A stretch of DNA of 64,000 nt, from IMG/VR virus record IMGVR_UViG_3300009703_002976, positions 1,903 through 65,902 of that record, one strand, 5' to 3'. Source of the stretch: a virus. The notes beneath the pieces are model-generated. The model had not been told where the DNA came from, searched no databases, and saw nothing but the letters and a program-made list of their open reading frames with translations. A program made the position numbers and the translations under genes. Position 1 is the first letter of the stretch. The number at the start of each line of letters is the position of its first letter. Shown here piece after piece: positions 19,367-29,433 of the stretch.

Positions 19367-20189
19367 AACATATAGTGCTATAAAAGGAGGAAGAAGATAT
19401 TTTGGTGAAATGAAAAATAATATAGAACATGGATTGGGTTTTTATGATATTGAATTATGGAATCAAAAGTTTGTTGGAGAATTTTTAAATGATAAAGCAA
19501 CAGGAATAGGTTTAAAAATTCAAGGTTCAGGAACAGATTGGGAACGAAAAATTGTTTGTGAATTTAATAATAATTCACATGAAGGTATAGGAATGTATAA
19601 GTGGCCTTCGGGAGCAACATATGTTGGCGAATTTAAAGATGATCGTGCTTATGGTATGGGATGTTTCAGGATATGGAATGGAAATAAATATTTTGGAAAA
19701 ATGGGTATTGGTCCTATGGGAATGAAGGGTGATGATTTTTGGATAATGGGTGATGGAAAATGGACAGACTCTTTATCGCATAATTTTGATGAACATGGTT
19801 TTTGTAAAAAAAAGAATAAAGAGATATGGCCTGATGGAACTTACTATGTTGGCGAATTTGATGATCATGAAAATTATTGTGGAACTGGTACATTGATATT
19901 TTCTAAAAGTAGATTTTATGAAGGTGAATTTTTAAATGGGTATTTTCATGGACAGGGTATTTTTTATCATGGAAATGAATATGTGATGGGCGAATTTAAA
20001 GATGGTCATGTGCATGGATATGGTGAAGCAATATTTAACACAGGAAGTTATAAAGGATATTGGCAAAAAAATAGATTTCATGGAAAAGGAATTTTAAAAT
20101 TTAAAGATGAAACATATGATGGTGAATTTTATAACATAAACATAAATGATTCAGGAGGTCGTGATACAGGTTTTCGTAGGTTACGATAA
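19359..20189 (+). CDS. MORN-repeat protein
   Basis: Repeated Y-x-G-E-F...HG-x-G units (YVGEFKDDRAYGMG, YEGEFLNGYFHGQG, YKGYWQKNRFHGKG). Track start 19335. Confidence 0.85.
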   Translation: MNETYSAIKGGRRYFGEMKNNIEHGLGFYDIELWNQKFVGEFLNDKATGIGLKIQGSGTDWERKIVCEFNNNSHEGIGMYKWPSGATYVGEFKDDRAYGMGCFRIWNGNKYFGKMGIGPMGMKGDDFWIMGDGKWTDSLSHNFDEHGFCKKKNKEIWPDGTYYVGEFDDHENYCGTGTLIFSKSRFYEGEFLNGYFHGQGIFYHGNEYVMGEFKDGHVHGYGEAIFNTGSYKGYWQKNRFHGKGILKFKDETYDGEFYNININDSGGRDTGFRRLR

Positions 20190-20751
20190 TGAAAGATCAT
20201 GGATACATGATAATTGTATAGACAGTTTAAAAAAATTTGGATGTCAATCAAATCCCATAGGCTCTTCTTTATTAAGTTCAACTATATGGTATAGAGAAAG
20301 GAATATTAAAGATTCAACTGAGTTTTCTGTGTGTAGATTTTTAGTTCCGTTTCTTTCTAATTTTGAAGGATGGTCTATTTTTATGGATGATGATTTTATA
20401 TGGAAAGTAGATCCAATGGAATTAAAACAATTTTGTGATCCATCAAAATCAGTATTGGTATGTCAGCATAATTATACACCCAAAACTGAAAAAAAATGGG
20501 GTGATTTAATTCAGTTTAAATACGAAAGAAAAAATTGGTCTTCATTGATGTTATTTAATAATTCACATTCAGATTGCCGAAAATTATCAGTTCGAATGAT
20601 TAATAGCATTCAGCCTTTGTGGTTGCATCAATTTAAATGGACCTCATCAATTGGAAGCATACCTTTAGAATATAATCATCTTGTGGGAGAATATGATAAC
20701 ATAGAAGAAGCAAAAGCATTGCATTATACAAACGGATATGATAACAGTTAA
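20146..20751 (+). CDS. GT-A (GT8-like) glycosyltransferase
   Basis: VFVGYD, STEFSVCRFLVP, FMDDDF (DxD), RKNWSSLMLFN, LHYT. Confidence 0.75.
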   Translation: MIQEVVIQVFVGYDNERSWIHDNCIDSLKKFGCQSNPIGSSLLSSTIWYRERNIKDSTEFSVCRFLVPFLSNFEGWSIFMDDDFIWKVDPMELKQFCDPSKSVLVCQHNYTPKTEKKWGDLIQFKYERKNWSSLMLFNNSHSDCRKLSVRMINSIQPLWLHQFKWTSSIGSIPLEYNHLVGEYDNIEEAKALHYTNGYDNS

Positions 20752-21781
20752 AACAATAATAGAAAGTCCAAAAGAATTTAAAGATAAAGAATCTTTTAAA
20801 TCTTTTATGGTAAAAGAATATGCTCCAGAATCTTCTAGTATTAGAAAATATAATTTCGATTTAATGGATAAATATGGACATTGTTTCTTCAATTTACAAT
20901 TTCTTCCTCCAAATACAGGAGTTCTTTATCATAGATATCATACACAAGAAGAATATGAAAAAAGTATTCCTTTAAGAGAAGAACAGGAGAGAGAATTTAT
21001 AAATGCGGGATTAAAATATGAATATGAACTTAACTCAAAAATATCTATTATTGATGAAGAAGAATATGAAAAATTACATATATCAGAACTTGCCCCAATA
21101 GATATAAAAATTGATGTAGAATATTTTTTAGAAGAAATTGTACAATATAAAAAATATTTTAAACAATGGGGTGATAAATTTCAAGATTATGGAAGATTTG
21201 GATTACCATTAGTTAACATGAACGGAATGATTGATAATAAAATAGAACCTTCATGTTGGCCTTTAGATAGATGGAATTTTGTTAATTTGGGTTATAGAGA
21301 TACTCCAGAAGATTTTACTAAATTTTATACAAATTCTTTTGATATGTCTACTATGGTAAATGAAACAGATTTTACATTTAAAACAGAAGTTATGAACATA
21401 CCTTCATTAAAAGTTTTAAAGCCCATTGAAAAATATATGATTCGTTCTTGTATTTTAAAATTTCATACACTTGCACATTTTAAACCCCATGTAGACACCT
21501 GGAAAGAAAAATCTTCTTGGTTACGATTGTGGGGCACTACTCATCCTGATTCTGTAAAATTACGTTATAAATCTGATGAAGGGGAAAAATTAGTGTGGAA
21601 TGATATTAAAAAAGAATATGAAAGTTATATTCCTATAGAAAATATAGAAGCAGGAAGATTATATTTACATGATAGTTCAATATGGCATGATGCAATGTCA
21701 TTTGAAGATAATACATATCAATTTTTTATTGCATTATCACCAAATGCTTTTCAAACATTGGGAGCGTTATGTATAGAGTAG
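20738..21781 (+). CDS. Hypothetical protein with C-terminal cupin/2OG-oxygenase-like domain
   Basis: FKPHVD (HxD) and distal WHDA. Confidence 0.5.
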   Translation: MITVKTIIESPKEFKDKESFKSFMVKEYAPESSSIRKYNFDLMDKYGHCFFNLQFLPPNTGVLYHRYHTQEEYEKSIPLREEQEREFINAGLKYEYELNSKISIIDEEEYEKLHISELAPIDIKIDVEYFLEEIVQYKKYFKQWGDKFQDYGRFGLPLVNMNGMIDNKIEPSCWPLDRWNFVNLGYRDTPEDFTKFYTNSFDMSTMVNETDFTFKTEVMNIPSLKVLKPIEKYMIRSCILKFHTLAHFKPHVDTWKEKSSWLRLWGTTHPDSVKLRYKSDEGEKLVWNDIKKEYESYIPIENIEAGRLYLHDSSIWHDAMSFEDNTYQFFIALSPNAFQTLGALCIE

Positions 21782-22290
21782 AAGATAATTTTTATGATTT
21801 TCCAATATTTTTAGAAATATTGAATTTAATTAAAGATAGACCTCTTAATCAAATACCAGAGAAATATGATGGGAAGAGATGTTCTTATGGTGAAACTAGA
21901 CAATATTTAACTGAAGATTCTGTTCTTGCTGATCTTATACTTTCTAAATTTCCTTATAAAAAAGATTATAGAAGAAAAATAGAAATAGGTAATGATGTAA
22001 ATGGTTTTTGGTTAAAACCGCATTCTGATCATTCAGCAAAAAAAGATGTTACAGTAATTTATTTTGAAGGTCAACAAAATAACGGAACTACTTTTCATTA
22101 TGAAGATCATAATGAAACAACGGAATTTATTCCTAATAGAGCGGTTCATTTTTATCCTGATTTAAAAGATACTTATGATTCTGAAAGTTGGAAACATTCA
22201 GTTAAAAAAATTGATATGAATGTTAGACGAACTATAGTTGTAAATTATGTTGATAATACTTGGAGGGATATAGAAGATTGTTATGATTGA
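21769..22290 (+). CDS. 2OG-Fe(II) oxygenase
   Basis: WLKPHSD, KHSV, RRTIVVNY. Confidence 0.7.
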   Translation: MYRVEDNFYDFPIFLEILNLIKDRPLNQIPEKYDGKRCSYGETRQYLTEDSVLADLILSKFPYKKDYRRKIEIGNDVNGFWLKPHSDHSAKKDVTVIYFEGQQNNGTTFHYEDHNETTEFIPNRAVHFYPDLKDTYDSESWKHSVKKIDMNVRRTIVVNYVDNTWRDIEDCYD

Positions 22291-22867
22291 TCGAATAGGA
22301 AAATTGTTGGATCTGAATAAAATAAAAGAATTTTTTAACAGATCAGATAAAGAACAATTTGAATATACAGGATTAGAACGTACAGATGGATTAGCAAATC
22401 ATGGATATAGAGGATTAGGAGAAGAATTAGCGGCAAAGGAAAGTTATAATTTTTCAAGACATCATGGATATAATCCTTTTGAATCTGAAGAAATTTTTGA
22501 TTCTTTAGATGATATTGTTAGAAAATATTATGATGAAGATTTTGATGCAATTCTTAGAATAACACATTACCCTAAAATAAAATTAAAAATTACTGGCAAT
22601 GATAGTGAAGGAGAAGGTGATAAAATTTTTAGATTATGTTCACATAAAGATTATGGTCCCCTAACCTTATATTATGAATATACTCCCAATACAGGATTTC
22701 AAATTTTTAGAAATGAAGAATGGATAGATCCTGGATCTTGTATTATTTGGAATGAACTACATCGGGTAGTATATACAGATCCCATAAAAGAAAGATGGAC
22801 TGTGACTTATCATGTAGATTATAAAGATTGTAAGATTTCAATGAATACTAGATTAGGAATAAAATGA
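22283..22867 (+). CDS. 2OG-Fe(II) oxygenase (IPNS/DIOX-like)
   Basis: RITHYP, HKDYGPLTL, GFQI, LHRV, RWTVTY. Confidence 0.75.
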   Translation: MIDRIGKLLDLNKIKEFFNRSDKEQFEYTGLERTDGLANHGYRGLGEELAAKESYNFSRHHGYNPFESEEIFDSLDDIVRKYYDEDFDAILRITHYPKIKLKITGNDSEGEGDKIFRLCSHKDYGPLTLYYEYTPNTGFQIFRNEEWIDPGSCIIWNELHRVVYTDPIKERWTVTYHVDYKDCKISMNTRLGIK

Positions 22868-23682
22868 ATGAATTTACTTCTAGCAATCATATTAATTTTA
22901 GAGCCGCCCAATATAGTAATTTAAATTCTGTTTTAGGAATGTCTACTCTTGAAATAAATCCAACAGAACTTTGTAATAGGACATGTAGTTTTTGTCCCAG
23001 AGGAGATTGGTATCCCAATAAAAATGAACATTTATCAATAGATGATACATATTTAATTAAAAAAAGACTTGATGAATTTGAATATCAAGGAATTATTATT
23101 ATAAGCGGTAAAGGGGAGCCTCTACTACATCCAAATATTTTTAAGATTGTTAATGTATTTAAAAATGAATGGATAGAATTAATCACAAATGGTGATAATA
23201 TATTAGAATCACCAGATATATTAGATAAATTGTTTGATAGCGGATTAAGTAGAATAATTTTAGATGAATATGATAATGAAGAAAATTATAATAAAAAAAT
23301 AGAAATTTTGGGCGATAGATGTGGAGTAGTAAAAAATCATTTTACAGGAATATTACAATCTTCAATTTATAACAATAGATCGGGATCTTTTAAAACTATA
23401 GAAAAGTCATTAGATAGAAAATGTTATTTACCTTTTTATAAAGGATATATTGATTTGACCATGGACCTTAGATTTTGTTGTAATGATTGGAAATATAAAG
23501 AAAGTTTGGGAAATTTAAGAGAAAATACATTAAAAGAACTTTGGATGTCTGATAAAATGAATAGATATAGAAAAGAATTATCTAAAGGTAATAGATGTAA
23601 TATAATATCGTGTAAAGAATGTGATGCAAATGGATTGTTATTGGGTGAAAATAGTTATAATGAATTGATGGAGATTATATGA
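22864..23682 (+). CDS. Radical SAM/SPASM protein
   Basis: CNRTCSFCP, GKGEPL, TNGD; C-terminal CYLPF...FCCND...LGNL...CKEC. Confidence 0.9.
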   Translation: MNEFTSSNHINFRAAQYSNLNSVLGMSTLEINPTELCNRTCSFCPRGDWYPNKNEHLSIDDTYLIKKRLDEFEYQGIIIISGKGEPLLHPNIFKIVNVFKNEWIELITNGDNILESPDILDKLFDSGLSRIILDEYDNEENYNKKIEILGDRCGVVKNHFTGILQSSIYNNRSGSFKTIEKSLDRKCYLPFYKGYIDLTMDLRFCCNDWKYKESLGNLRENTLKELWMSDKMNRYRKELSKGNRCNIISCKECDANGLLLGENSYNELMEII

Positions 23683-24350
23683 AATATGCAATGATAGCTT
23701 GCAGACTTGGTAGCACAAGAGCAAAATTTAAAAATTTAGCATTAATAGGTGGAGAGCCCATGATGGCATGGGCTACAAAAGCCGCTCTTGAATCAAATTG
23801 TTTTGATAAAGTCATAATTAATGGAGATAATGATATTTTTAAGCAGATTGCAGAAGAATATGGTGTTGAATATTATGAAAGACCTATAGAATTGGGTTCA
23901 TCTGAAACATTAATTGATGATGTATTTTATGATTTTATAGAAAAAAATCCATGTGAAACTGCCGCAATAGTAAATACAGTTAATCCTCTGCAAACAGGAG
24001 AAGAAGTTGCTAAAGCAATGGCTTATTATGAAGATAATAAATTAGATTCTTGTAATACATATGAATTAAAATATGTTCATACGTGTTTAGGAGATACTCC
24101 TATTAATTTTGAATACGGTAAGATGTGTAAGACTCAAGATTTAGAACCTATAAAGTCAATAGCTTATTCTGTTCAAATAGTAAGAACGAAAGTTTTTATG
24201 AAAGAAAAACATATTTTTTGTGGAAAACATGGAATGTATGGTCCTATATCAAAAAAAGCAGGAATGTTAGTTAAAACTCCCGAAGATATTAAGATAATAA
24301 ATGCTATATTGCATTATCATTCATCAATTGGATATTATGAGGGACGATAA
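23679..24350 (+). CDS. Acylneuraminate cytidylyltransferase (CMP-nonulosonate synthetase, NeuA-like)
   Basis: IACRLGSTRAKFKNLALIGGEPMMAW, RP..L, NPL. Confidence 0.8.
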   Translation: MKYAMIACRLGSTRAKFKNLALIGGEPMMAWATKAALESNCFDKVIINGDNDIFKQIAEEYGVEYYERPIELGSSETLIDDVFYDFIEKNPCETAAIVNTVNPLQTGEEVAKAMAYYEDNKLDSCNTYELKYVHTCLGDTPINFEYGKMCKTQDLEPIKSIAYSVQIVRTKVFMKEKHIFCGKHGMYGPISKKAGMLVKTPEDIKIINAILHYHSSIGYYEGR

Positions 24351-25293
24351 AAAACATATAAAACTTCTTAAACGTGAAAGATCAAAAGGAGTTAATAAAA
24401 AAGGACTACCATTAGATAAAAATGAAAGAATTATTCCATTTTCTAAATTTGAATTAGATGATTTGAGAAAACATTTGGGTACTAATCTTTGGAAATATCC
24501 TGATGTAGATGCATATTATAAAATTTTTGCCGATTGGTTGAAAATAGATGAAAAGAAATTATTTTTTACTGAAGGAGTGTCTGGTGCTATTAGGTCTTTA
24601 ATGGAATTATATGCCTCAAAAACAGTATATTATGATACTCCTACTTATGCTATGTATGATGTTTATTCTGAAATTTTTAATTTGATTCATGCTCCTATGG
24701 AAAATGCTGATATAATATTTTTACAAAATCCAAATATTCCTTATGGCACTACTTATAGTGAAGATCAAATTCGTAAAATATGTTTACTTAATTCAATGAA
24801 ATTAATTGTATTAGATGATGTATATTTCGAATTTAATATGCCAGATCATCTTTGGTTGATAGATGAAATTAAAAATTTGGTAATTATGAGAAGTTTTTCT
24901 AAAGCATTTGGATTAGCAAGTATTAGATTGGGTTATATAGTTTCAAATGAAGAAAATATTAAATTTATTTCGAATAATAGAAATGGATATGAAACTAATT
25001 TATTATCTTTACAAACGGCTCATTATTTTATTCGTAATGAATCAATAAAAAATAATTATATTAATCAATTAAATTTTGGTCGTGATTATTTAATGGAACA
25101 ATTGGATAGAATGAATATTGAAAGAGAAGGAGGATATTGTGGTAATTTTGTTTTTATTCGTACAGATCCTAAAAATACAGACAAACTTGCGGAAAAAGGT
25201 ATTCTTGTAAGAAAATGTGATGATGGTATAAGAGTAACATTGGGTCCTAGAAATGAAATGGAGAAATTTATTGCTGTATTCAGAGACCTCTAA
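24337..25293 (+). CDS. Class I/II PLP aminotransferase (HisC-like)
   Basis: LDKNE, YPD, NPNIPYG, LDDVY, RSFSKAFGLASIRLGY. Track start 24301. Confidence 0.9.
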   Translation: MRDDKKHIKLLKRERSKGVNKKGLPLDKNERIIPFSKFELDDLRKHLGTNLWKYPDVDAYYKIFADWLKIDEKKLFFTEGVSGAIRSLMELYASKTVYYDTPTYAMYDVYSEIFNLIHAPMENADIIFLQNPNIPYGTTYSEDQIRKICLLNSMKLIVLDDVYFEFNMPDHLWLIDEIKNLVIMRSFSKAFGLASIRLGYIVSNEENIKFISNNRNGYETNLLSLQTAHYFIRNESIKNNYINQLNFGRDYLMEQLDRMNIEREGGYCGNFVFIRTDPKNTDKLAEKGILVRKCDDGIRVTLGPRNEMEKFIAVFRDL

Positions 25294-25933
25294 TTTTGCT
25301 TTTTTCTTATGTCATAGTAATGCTAATCATTCTATTTGTATGGCTTTAGAAACTTTAATGGATCGTGAACACGATTATTCTTGGGACTGGGAAAATAGAA
25401 GCGAATATGGTTATAAACATGTATCACCATCGGGATTATTGTCTACAGATTCTTTTAATTTTAAAGAAATAATAGGAGACGAATGGTATGATTTAAAAAA
25501 AATAACTACTGTTAGAAATCCCTGGTCTCGATTATATGATTTTTATACTTGGCATTTTACTATAGAACGACCAATAAAAAAAATAGAACAAAAAATTTAT
25601 GATTTTACAATATCAAAAAGTAGTTTTGATGAATGGATATCTTCTTTAGAAAAAGATAAAACTTTTGATTGGTGGGGAGAAATTTTTAATCAAGAAATTA
25701 TGAGAAGACATTGTAATTATGTTATTAGATATGAGTATTTGAATGAAGATATTAATAATATATTTCCAGGATTAAAGATTCCTTCTGCATCTGTATCTCA
25801 TCCTGGTCAATGGTATGCGGAAGACAATAAATATTTAATGACTATTAAAACTAAAAATATTATTAACTATTTTTGTAAAGAAGATATTATAAATTACGAA
25901 TATACATATGACGGAGAACAAACACTTAGTTAG
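25253..25933 (+). CDS. Sulfotransferase family 2-like protein (divergent)
   Basis: TTVRNPWSRLYDFY and IRYEYL; the 5' PAPS loop is degenerate. Confidence 0.55.
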   Translation: MKWRNLLLYSETSNFAFFLCHSNANHSICMALETLMDREHDYSWDWENRSEYGYKHVSPSGLLSTDSFNFKEIIGDEWYDLKKITTVRNPWSRLYDFYTWHFTIERPIKKIEQKIYDFTISKSSFDEWISSLEKDKTFDWWGEIFNQEIMRRHCNYVIRYEYLNEDINNIFPGLKIPSASVSHPGQWYAEDNKYLMTIKTKNIINYFCKEDIINYEYTYDGEQTLS

Positions 25934-26336
25934 AAAAGTGGGAGAAATAGATTTAGATAAATTGATCGCCGCTTGTGAAGAACGTAGCTGGTTGAATCCC
26001 ATTTTTGTTCATGATGATTCACCAAAAACATGGGAAGGTGGAGAGTTACCAGATATACTACAAGAAATTAGTGAAGAATTTAACGTTACTCAATCGAGAA
26101 TACTATGTTTGCCTCCTTTGTCTACATTAGATTATCACATGGATTCTAATAATAGAATTAATATTCCTATACTTACTAATGATTATTGTTTTTTTATTTT
26201 TGATGATGTATTATATAAGTTTCCTGCAGATGGTAGTGTTTATTTAACAAATACTAAAGTTTTACATACTGCAGTAAATGCATCTTATACACATCGTTTT
26301 CATTTAATAGGTTTTACAGATGTTGAATTTGATTGA
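25908..26336 (+). CDS. Aspartyl/asparaginyl beta-hydroxylase-like cupin oxygenase
   Basis: LDYHMD, RINIPILTN, DGSVYL, HTAVN, RFHL. Confidence 0.75.
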   Translation: MTENKHLVRKVGEIDLDKLIAACEERSWLNPIFVHDDSPKTWEGGELPDILQEISEEFNVTQSRILCLPPLSTLDYHMDSNNRINIPILTNDYCFFIFDDVLYKFPADGSVYLTNTKVLHTAVNASYTHRFHLIGFTDVEFD

Positions 26337-26694
26337 AGACATGAATATCGCATTAAAATATGGTTTAAAATTGATAAAAGAAGAATCTGTTCGAATGCCT
26401 GATATGACAACTTTACAATTACAATTGATTATAGAATGTGTGAGGGGAGGCGGTGGAACCGTTCCAGAAAGTACACAATCTGTTATTGGATATGATGACT
26501 TGACAGATAAAGATATAGATGTTTTTAGAAAAACAATTCAAAAAGAATTGAATTTGTCGGATGATGATATGATTATAAATGATAATGATGAATTAAAAAA
26601 TTATGTTTCAAAGACTGTTCATAGTAGTGCATGTTTGATAGGAAATGCTAAAAAAATTAATGGATCCACTGAATATTGGCAAGATGTCGGATGA
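26320..26694 (+). CDS. Hypothetical protein
   Basis: 124-aa ORF overlapping both neighbours in the array. Confidence 0.55.
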   Translation: MLNLIEDMNIALKYGLKLIKEESVRMPDMTTLQLQLIIECVRGGGGTVPESTQSVIGYDDLTDKDIDVFRKTIQKELNLSDDDMIINDNDELKNYVSKTVHSSACLIGNAKKINGSTEYWQDVG

Positions 26695-27182
26695 TTTTTG
26701 ATAAAATTTTACATAAAAATATTTATAATTATGGTATAGATTATGAATTTAGAAAAAGAAATAAAGGCGATAGTATAGAATTTTATATTATTGAAGAATG
26801 TAGTAATGAAAAAGAATATAAATTTTATGTTTCTTCATATAGACCTTTGATAAAAAAATCGGGTTTAAAAAATCGAAATGGAGATTCTGATTATGCTTTG
26901 TTGTGGACTGATTTTCCAGAAAGAATTGATGATGCATTTGATAAGCAAATGCAATGGCATTATAATAGAAATGTGGGTCTTGCTGATGTTGATTATAAAA
27001 TTTCTTCTTTGATAATAAATCCTCATGGTATATTTTTTTATAGTTTGGGTAGTAATTTATATGTTCATGATTTAAAAATTTCAAACTATCAATTTTTTAA
27101 TTCAACAGTATTAGAAAAAAATGTTTATTGGCAAATTGATCCTGTAAAATTAAACTTTATACGTAAATATGAGATAATATGA
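26691..27182 (+). CDS. Hypothetical protein
   Basis: ATGA-coupled at both ends (track start 26676). Confidence 0.55.
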   Translation: MIFDKILHKNIYNYGIDYEFRKRNKGDSIEFYIIEECSNEKEYKFYVSSYRPLIKKSGLKNRNGDSDYALLWTDFPERIDDAFDKQMQWHYNRNVGLADVDYKISSLIINPHGIFFYSLGSNLYVHDLKISNYQFFNSTVLEKNVYWQIDPVKLNFIRKYEII

Positions 27183-28459
27183 AATGGACTGGTGATCCCA
27201 ATTGGAATTATATTTTTGATGGCAGATTCTATACAAAAGAAGATTTAAAATGGATGGGGGCTAGTGAATCTCCGGGAGAAATATTAAAAACTCCTGAGGA
27301 TTGGGATGCTTCTATAAAAAAATTAAGTGAAAAAACGGATCGATATACGTGTATATATGAACCAGTGAAATGGGAACGTAATGATGTATTAAAAAAAATT
27401 TATGAAAATATACATCCCGAAAATGCTTCAAATACATTTTATTGTAATGGAGATTTGAGACTTGAACAAAATCATGAAAAATTATTAAAAACATATAATT
27501 TTGATTTTCGTATAAATGTATATACATTTCCATGGATACCTATACAATCTTGGATATGGAGAGATAAAAAATATACAGAAAAAAGTGGAATGAAGGGATG
27601 TTTTGGAGATACGTATATAAAACATGCGAAATTAGATTATCATAAAAAGTATAAAATAGTTTGTCCAGTTAATCATCCAAAAATTAACAGAGTAATGACT
27701 TTAGGTAAATTTGCTCAACATCATGAATTTGCATATTCATTTAAAAATACTGATACTGTAAATATTGATGGTTCTTTTAATGATGATGAGTTTTGGTATT
27801 ATTTAACTCATGACATAGAATGTAGAGATAAGAAAAAATGGTCTTGGTCTAAAGATGGTAATTATATTGAAGGAGATGATTTTGTATTACCGGTTGATCA
27901 TGGTATTAAATTTCCTATAAATGATTTTGATATTAGCACACAAAAAAGTTTAACAGATATATTACAAGTCCCATCAGTTTGGCCCGAAGATTTACAAGAA
28001 AATGATTATCACAATTATTTTCCAACATTGGAATGGTTACAATCTCATATTGAACTAATACATGAAACTTATTGTGTTAATAGTGGTGTTTTTAGTGAAA
28101 AAACAGCTAAGGTAATCGGACTTCAAAAACCCTTTCTTACCATTGGTTGTCAAAATTGGTATAAGCATTTTAAATCTTTTGGATTTAAATTATATGATGA
28201 ATTATTTGATTATACGTTTGATTCAATGCCTTCTTATAAAGATAGATGGGAAAATATTATGCAACAATGTGAAAATATTTTAGAAACTTCACATGATGAA
28301 TTGAATGATAAAATAGAAAAAATACAACCAAAACTTGACCACAATAAAGAAGTAATGAAAAGTATTGGAAGATCATATATGAATAGAGTTGTTGATGCTT
28401 GGTTATTAGCTAATAGAATTCTATCACTTTCTTTTGGATTTGCAAATGATAAAAAATGA
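27179..28459 (+). CDS. Putative glycosyltransferase-like protein ('TEK' family), paralog 3
   Basis: IHETY...FSEKTAK...KPFLTIG...FGFKLYDELFDYTFD. Confidence 0.5.
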   Translation: MKWTGDPNWNYIFDGRFYTKEDLKWMGASESPGEILKTPEDWDASIKKLSEKTDRYTCIYEPVKWERNDVLKKIYENIHPENASNTFYCNGDLRLEQNHEKLLKTYNFDFRINVYTFPWIPIQSWIWRDKKYTEKSGMKGCFGDTYIKHAKLDYHKKYKIVCPVNHPKINRVMTLGKFAQHHEFAYSFKNTDTVNIDGSFNDDEFWYYLTHDIECRDKKKWSWSKDGNYIEGDDFVLPVDHGIKFPINDFDISTQKSLTDILQVPSVWPEDLQENDYHNYFPTLEWLQSHIELIHETYCVNSGVFSEKTAKVIGLQKPFLTIGCQNWYKHFKSFGFKLYDELFDYTFDSMPSYKDRWENIMQQCENILETSHDELNDKIEKIQPKLDHNKEVMKSIGRSYMNRVVDAWLLANRILSLSFGFANDKK

Positions 28460-29426
28460 ATGGGATAAATTAAAAGAAGTTATTGTAGGAATTTCATATT
28501 CTAATTGTAATATAAATGGATTAGATAGAGTTATTGAAGAAACAAATGAAGATTTGGATGATCTAGAAAATATTTTTAAAGATTTAGGAGTAACTGTATA
28601 TCGACCAAATCAACCAAAATTTTCTTTAGATGTACATCATCCAATAATGCCTAGAGATATTTTAGGTTTTTTTGATGATGTAATTGTTAAAGCATATGGC
28701 GCAGTTTATTCACGTATTGAAGAACATAAATGTTATGAAGATATAATAAACGGACAATGTTTATTAGAAATGCCAGTTCCTAAAATAATTAAAACTGAGG
28801 AATATGAAATTGTACAAAATCATACGAATAAAATAAAAATGCAACAACGATATGATAAATATGAAGATGAAGTGCTTTTTGAAACTGCGAATATTTTGAA
28901 ATGTAATGATATGTTATTACATACACAGACCGCCAGTAAAGATACTGCAAATGGTAAAGGAACAGAAAAAGGATTAAACTGGTTGAAATCAAAATTTCCT
29001 GAAAAACAATGGGTGGAAATTCCTGCAGGAGGACATGCAGATGGAAAATTAGCATTATTAAGAGAAGGTCTATTGTTGACTTGGAGAGAAGATTATATTC
29101 CTGATGAGTTGAAACATTGGGATAAAATAATAGTTCAGGATAATGCAGAGTTTCCTAAAGAATTTGTTGAGCAAAGAAAAAAACAATATTATACAGAATA
29201 TGTAATGAAATATCTTTCTGATTGGGTTGGGTATGCAAGTGAAACTTGGTTTGATGTTAATTGTATTTCAGTAGATCCTAATACGATTATTACTGTAGGT
29301 AAAAATAAAGAAAATATTAAACAACTTGAAAAATATGATATTAATGTAGTTGTATGGAATTATAGACATCGTTATTTTTGGGATGGAGGGGCTCATTGTT
29401 GTACTCAGGACATATCAAGAATATAG
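28446..29426 (+). CDS. Amidinotransferase, second paralog
   Basis: NEWDKLKEVIVG, MPRD, HADG, WDGGAHCCTQDI. Track start 28434 is a TTG. Confidence 0.85.
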   Translation: MIKNEWDKLKEVIVGISYSNCNINGLDRVIEETNEDLDDLENIFKDLGVTVYRPNQPKFSLDVHHPIMPRDILGFFDDVIVKAYGAVYSRIEEHKCYEDIINGQCLLEMPVPKIIKTEEYEIVQNHTNKIKMQQRYDKYEDEVLFETANILKCNDMLLHTQTASKDTANGKGTEKGLNWLKSKFPEKQWVEIPAGGHADGKLALLREGLLLTWREDYIPDELKHWDKIIVQDNAEFPKEFVEQRKKQYYTEYVMKYLSDWVGYASETWFDVNCISVDPNTIITVGKNKENIKQLEKYDINVVVWNYRHRYFWDGGAHCCTQDISRI

Positions 29427-29433
29427 CAGGAAG

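Noticed and set aside
26320-26694. Possible acyl-carrier-like protein for the AMP ligase
   Set aside because: Acidic and helical, but has no D-S-L/x phosphopantetheine serine motif.
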